Shown: positions 26,390 through 30,255 of the stretch, one piece after another
Layout of the letters: each line of letters begins with the position of its first letter
How positions within the stretch are numbered: position 1 is the first letter of the stretch
Translations under genes and position numbers: made by a program
Assembly (NCBI GenBank): GCA_001776425.1
Contig: MFBN01000014.1
Location: 11,596-41,850 of the forward strand
DNA from: Candidatus Curtissbacteria bacterium RIFCSPLOWO2_01_FULL_37_9
GTDB taxonomy: Bacteria > Patescibacteriota > Microgenomatia > Curtissbacterales > GWA2-41-24
Direction: 5' to 3'
Length of the DNA stretch: 30,255 nucleotides
Notes under the pieces: generated by a model
Told to the model about the DNA's origin: nothing
Databases searched by the model: none
Seen by the model: the letters and a program-made list of their open reading frames with translations, nothing else

Positions 26390-28138
26390 CTAATCTTCAG
26401 CCACCCTCAAGACTTCCTCAATAGAGGAAATACCCTCAATTACTTTTAAAAAACCGTCCTGCTTCATGGTAATCATCCCTTCTTCTTTTGCTTGTTCCCC
26501 GATAGCCTGACTTGTTTCTCTGGCCAGTATCATTCTGGTTATTTTTTCCGAAACAACCAAAACTTCATAAATGCCGATCCTTCCCAAATAACCGGTATTA
26601 TTACATTCTTTACAACCTTTACCGCTATAAAGCTGCGGGGGTTTTTTGGGATCAAAACTGTATAATTTTCCAAGTGTTTCTTTTATCTGGTTTAAAACTA
26701 TCTCGGAAACCTCTTTGGGCACTTTGCAGGTATTGCATATTTTCCTGACGACTCTTTGGCCGACAATACAGGTAACAGTTGATGCAATTAGGTAAGGTTC
26801 GGCATGCATGTCCAACAGTCTTGGCAGGGCACCGGTAGCATTGTTGGTATGAATCGTAGAAAATACCAAATGCCCTGTTAAGGAAGCCTGAATTGCCAAA
26901 TCAGTTGTTTCGGTATCGCGGATTTCTCCTACCATTATAATATTAGGGTCTTGCCTTAAAAATGAACGCAATCCGGAGGCGAATGTTAAACCGGCCTGTG
27001 TATTAATTTGAACTTGATTAACACCGGGAACCTGATATTCCACAGGGTCTTCCAAAGTCATAATATTAACTTTAGTTGAATTTAATTTGGAAAGAATGGA
27101 ATAAAGCGAAGTTGTTTTTCCAGAGCCTGTCGGACCGCAAATTAAGATAATTCCATGCGGTCTGAGAATATTTTGTTCAAGATTATGAAGCGCATTGCCT
27201 CTTAAACCTAATTCAGGAAGCGTTGGCACTCCTCCTGTTTTTTTAAGAAGCCTCATAACAACTTTTTCCCCGTAAGCGGTAGGCATTGTCGAAAGTCTAA
27301 GATCTATTTCCTCCTGGCCGACTTTAAAGTTAAATCTGGCATCCTGGGGAAGACGCTTTTCGTCAATTTTCATATTTCCCAATATTTTAATTCGCGAAAC
27401 AATAGCATCATGAATTCTTCTGGGTAAAATCAGCTTTTCGTGCAAAATACCGTCGATTCTATAGCGAATTCTGGTTTCGTTTTCCAATGGTTCAATATGA
27501 ATATCCGAAGCGCGTACTTTAATACCATATTCAAGTAAAGTTGAAACTATTCTGGCAACCGGAGCTTCACCAATCACCCCACTAACACTGCTTTCGGGAA
27601 TAAAAGCGGATGCTATGGACGGTGCTGCTTCTTTTAAGGCTTCGCCAACCTCAAAAGAAAGACCGCGGGTATATTGTTCGGCAATTGCTCTGGTTATTGA
27701 ATCTGCGGTAGCAATATACGGTCTAACACTAAAACCGGATTTTTTCTCGATAAACTCAAGAACCTGTAAATCCAAAGGATCTACCATTGCAACAGATAAA
27801 GTTTCGCCTTCTTTGGCAATTGGAATTACAATAAACCTTTTAGCAACTTCTTCCGGTAGAAAAGCTAATACTTCCGGTGAAATCGGCTGCTGGTCCGGAG
27901 CAACGTAAGGTACGCCGATAATGTCCGCTTTAGCCTGGGCCAGCTGTTCGTTATTAACCCAGCTCATTTGGGATAAGATTTTCTCAGCACTTTCCTGCCT
28001 TCTTTTGGCTTCGTTTTTAATGAAATTAAGCTGCTGGGGAGTCAATACTCCGCGTGAGGCTAAAATATCCTCCAGAGAAGATGCCTTTTTGTCGCTGTCT
28101 TCTGCTTTTGACTTTATTATTTGGGCAGTTATAGTCAT
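26390..28138 (-). CDS. pilB: Type IV pilus extension ATPase PilB (GspE family)
   Basis: ASDIHIEP, RYRIDG, RLPQD, GPTGSGKTT, LEDPVE, LRQDPNIIMVGEIRD, CNTC...CKEC zinc site, GYLGRIGIYE. Confidence 0.95.
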   Translation of the reverse strand: MTITAQIIKSKAEDSDKKASSLEDILASRGVLTPQQLNFIKNEAKRRQESAEKILSQMSWVNNEQLAQAKADIIGVPYVAPDQQPISPEVLAFLPEEVAKRFIVIPIAKEGETLSVAMVDPLDLQVLEFIEKKSGFSVRPYIATADSITRAIAEQYTRGLSFEVGEALKEAAPSIASAFIPESSVSGVIGEAPVARIVSTLLEYGIKVRASDIHIEPLENETRIRYRIDGILHEKLILPRRIHDAIVSRIKILGNMKIDEKRLPQDARFNFKVGQEEIDLRLSTMPTAYGEKVVMRLLKKTGGVPTLPELGLRGNALHNLEQNILRPHGIILICGPTGSGKTTSLYSILSKLNSTKVNIMTLEDPVEYQVPGVNQVQINTQAGLTFASGLRSFLRQDPNIIMVGEIRDTETTDLAIQASLTGHLVFSTIHTNNATGALPRLLDMHAEPYLIASTVTCIVGQRVVRKICNTCKVPKEVSEIVLNQIKETLGKLYSFDPKKPPQLYSGKGCKECNNTGYLGRIGIYEVLVVSEKITRMILARETSQAIGEQAKEEGMITMKQDGFLKVIEGISSIEEVLRVAED

Positions 28139-28346
28139 CTATTGAATATGGGTTTTATTAAAATTACATTTATCCGGGATAACTTTCCCAAACACCATTC
28201 TGATTGGAATTATAGAAATCCCGCTCTATTCTGATCATAACAAATCAGGATAGTAAATTGAAATTCTTAAGTACATAAAGTTAGAATGAATTAATTAAAG
28301 TTAGATAACTTATTTAAAAACTTAAGAAAAGATAATTTAAAATCCA

Positions 28347-29030
28347 ATGAATATGTCTAACATTCAAAGTTTTCTTATCTTGGGAAATCCAATAAATACC
28401 AGGTTAGAAACGCAAAAAATTGCTTCAATTTATAAAATCAACTTAAAAAAAATATCAACGGATGTTACGTTAATTTCTGTCAACGAAAAAAGGCAAGAGA
28501 TTTCTATAGATCAAATTCGTGACCTGAAAAAAAATATTTTTCAAAAACCGCAAGAGTATACAGTAAAATTTATAATTATTGACCAAGCCCAAAAATTATC
28601 TCAAGAAGCCCAAAATGCAATTTTAAAAATTCTGGAAGAACCGCCAAAACATGCAATAATTATTCTGGAAGCTTCAAATAAAGAAAACTTGCTTCCGACA
28701 ATAAGATCCAGAGTTCAAATAATAAATAAGTTTAATATCAACGACAAGATTCCATTCGATCTTTTAAATTACGAAAATTATAGTCTGGATAATGCGCTTT
28801 TAGAAATCAATAAAATCGATAATCCCTCAGACTGGCTAGACCAACAAGTTATTGGGTTATATAAAAAAATAATTGCAGACCAGAAAAAATTTACAAATGC
28901 ATCTCATATTTCCCGTATATTAAGTTTGATCGAAGAATGTATCAACATCAAAAAAATGGTAGAGGCAAATGTTAATCCCAAACAGGTAATGTCCAATTTT
29001 ATATTCAAACTTAAAATTAATTACTCTTAA
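28347..29030 (+). CDS. holB: DNA polymerase III delta-prime-like subunit (short form)
   Basis: ISIDQIR, AQNAILKILEEPP, LLPTIRSR; C-terminal domain is short. Confidence 0.8.
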   Translation: MNMSNIQSFLILGNPINTRLETQKIASIYKINLKKISTDVTLISVNEKRQEISIDQIRDLKKNIFQKPQEYTVKFIIIDQAQKLSQEAQNAILKILEEPPKHAIIILEASNKENLLPTIRSRVQIINKFNINDKIPFDLLNYENYSLDNALLEINKIDNPSDWLDQQVIGLYKKIIADQKKFTNASHISRILSLIEECINIKKMVEANVNPKQVMSNFIFKLKINYS

Positions 29031-29067
29031 CAAAACTCTTATTACTAAAATACAGCCTCAAAATCGC

Positions 29068-29097
29068 TTGTACTTAAAACTAATGATCTGATAGAAT
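29068..29097 (+). promoter_or_regulatory. Putative gyrB promoter
   Basis: TTGTAC (29068-29073), N18, TAGAAT (29092-29097), with extended TGn (29089-29090). Confidence 0.5.
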
Positions 29098-29157
29098 AGA
29101 TGGAATGGATTTGGGCAGAAAACTTTCTACAGGCTTTGTGCTATGTAATTTACCCTT

Positions 29158-30255
29158 ATGAAAGATAACTCGTATACAGCCAAAGATATCCAGGTTTTGG
29201 AAGGCCTTGAACCTGTCCGTAAAAGACCGGGTATGTATATCGGCTCAACCGATATTCATGGGTTACATGAACTGATTAAGGAAATAATCGACAATTCCGT
29301 TGATGAAGCGCTGGCTGGTTTTGCTAAAAATGTCCATATAGTTCTGGGAAACGACAATAAAATAACCGTGATTGACGATGGTCGGGGAATACCTGTCGAA
29401 CCTCACCCAAAAGTAAAAAAATCCTCGCTTGAAGTTAGCATGACCATGCTCCATGCCGGGGGAAAATTCGGTCAAGGTGCTTACAAAGTTTCCGGAGGAC
29501 TGCATGGTGTTGGGGCATCGGCTGTAAACGCCTTATCTGAATGGATGAGGGTAGAAATCAGACGCGATAATAAAATTTATGCACAGGAATATAAACGCGG
29601 CAAACCGCAAACTAAAGTCCAAATACAAACAACCACTCTTATTCCAAATTTTATAATTAAACCAAAAACAGGCACAACAACTGTTTTTATACCAGACAAA
29701 TCAATATTTTCTGTAATTAAGCCTGAATTTAAAACCATTGCCAAAAGAATCAAGGAGAGAGCATATCTTGTTGCAGGCTTGTTTTTCCATCTTTACGACT
29801 TAAGAGAAAACCTGCAGGTTCATTATTATTTTGACGGAGGGATCGAATCTTTGGTTCGACACCTGAATAAAGACAAAACTGTAGTCAACGAAAAACCTTT
29901 TTATGTAAAACGGGACTCTAACGGCATTCTGGTTGAGGCTGCATTCCAATACAATGAAGGTTATACGGAAACCCTAGAATCATTTGCCAATGTTATCAAT
30001 ACACAGGAAGGCGGAACTCATTTAACGGGCTTTAGAATGGCCTTAACACGGGCAATAAACGATTACGCGCGCAAAAATGGCTACCTTAAGGAAAAAGAGG
30101 ACAACCTGACAGGTGAAGATATGCGCGAGGGTTTAACTGCAGTTATTGCCATTAAAATGAATTCCGAAACTCTGCAGTTTGAAGGGCAGACAAAAGGCAA
30201 ACTGGGAAATGCCGAGGTACAGCCGCAAGTGGCTCAAGTTGTCAAAGAAGGCATA
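29158..30255 (+). CDS. gyrB: DNA gyrase subunit B (type IIA topoisomerase B subunit), 5' partial; runs off the window
   Basis: MKDNSYTAKDIQVLEGLEPVRKRPGMYIG, EIIDNSVDE, DDGRGIP, LHAGGKF, SGGLHGVG, EGGTH, FEGQTK. Open frame to the window end. Confidence 0.93.
   Translation, partial: MKDNSYTAKDIQVLEGLEPVRKRPGMYIGSTDIHGLHELIKEIIDNSVDEALAGFAKNVHIVLGNDNKITVIDDGRGIPVEPHPKVKKSSLEVSMTMLHAGGKFGQGAYKVSGGLHGVGASAVNALSEWMRVEIRRDNKIYAQEYKRGKPQTKVQIQTTTLIPNFIIKPKTGTTTVFIPDKSIFSVIKPEFKTIAKRIKERAYLVAGLFFHLYDLRENLQVHYYFDGGIESLVRHLNKDKTVVNEKPFYVKRDSNGILVEAAFQYNEGYTETLESFANVINTQEGGTHLTGFRMALTRAINDYARKNGYLKEKEDNLTGEDMREGLTAVIAIKMNSETLQFEGQTKGKLGNAEVQPQVAQVVKEGI

Noticed and set aside
28170-28311. 22-aa minus-strand ORF (28170-28238), short palindromes and a TAAAGTTAGA direct repeat in the pilB-holB divergent spacer
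   Set aside because: Short AT-rich motifs and a tiny ORF are expected by chance, and no recognisable regulator motif was seen.
312-29505. Alternative-frame and antisense ORFs in the ORF track (e.g. 312-617, 6403-6921, 4822-5028, 4905-5099, 24986-25243, 29263-29505)
   Set aside because: They are shadows of well-supported genes or read through repeats, and show no recognisable motifs.
1-30255. CRISPR array, tRNA/rRNA genes, DGR template/variable repeat pair, UGA recoding
   Set aside because: No regularly spaced repeat-spacer array, cloverleaf or adenine-variable repeat pair was seen. TGA acts as a stop (rpsP) and conserved genes are uninterrupted in code 11.

Overview
Chromosomal window of a bacterium using standard code 11 (TGA ends rpsP). 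Gene content suggests Patescibacteria/CPR, Microgenomates-like (inference). Left part (1-12326): pheS (3' end), pheT lacking its B2 domain, a class A PBP on the minus strand, a structured intergenic region, a REP-associated tyrosine transposase (RAYT) bracketed by symmetric imperfect inverted repeats, tyrS, a small membrane ORF, recG, and rpmF-nusB-acpP-like-rnc-rpsP-khpA-trmD. Middle part (12329-28138, mostly minus strand): a large type IV pilus locus ordered pilB-pilT-pilC-pilin-[DUF2723/TMEM260-like GT-C]-[YfhO-like GT-C, plus strand]-pilin-pilD-four minor pilins-small bitopic protein-pilM-pilN-pilO, with no secretin in the window. Right end: short holB and the 5' part of gyrB. The best candidate for an undescribed system is the pair of GT-C membrane glycosyltransferases placed between two paralogous Ser/Thr-rich pilins, a putative pilus glycosylation cassette. 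Other notable signals: an ACP-like protein with Asp at the phosphopantetheine Ser site, the RAYT/REP cassette, two complementary hairpin loops before rpmF, and period-7 repeat tracts around prepilin leaders. All product calls come from motif recognition only; no database searches were run.
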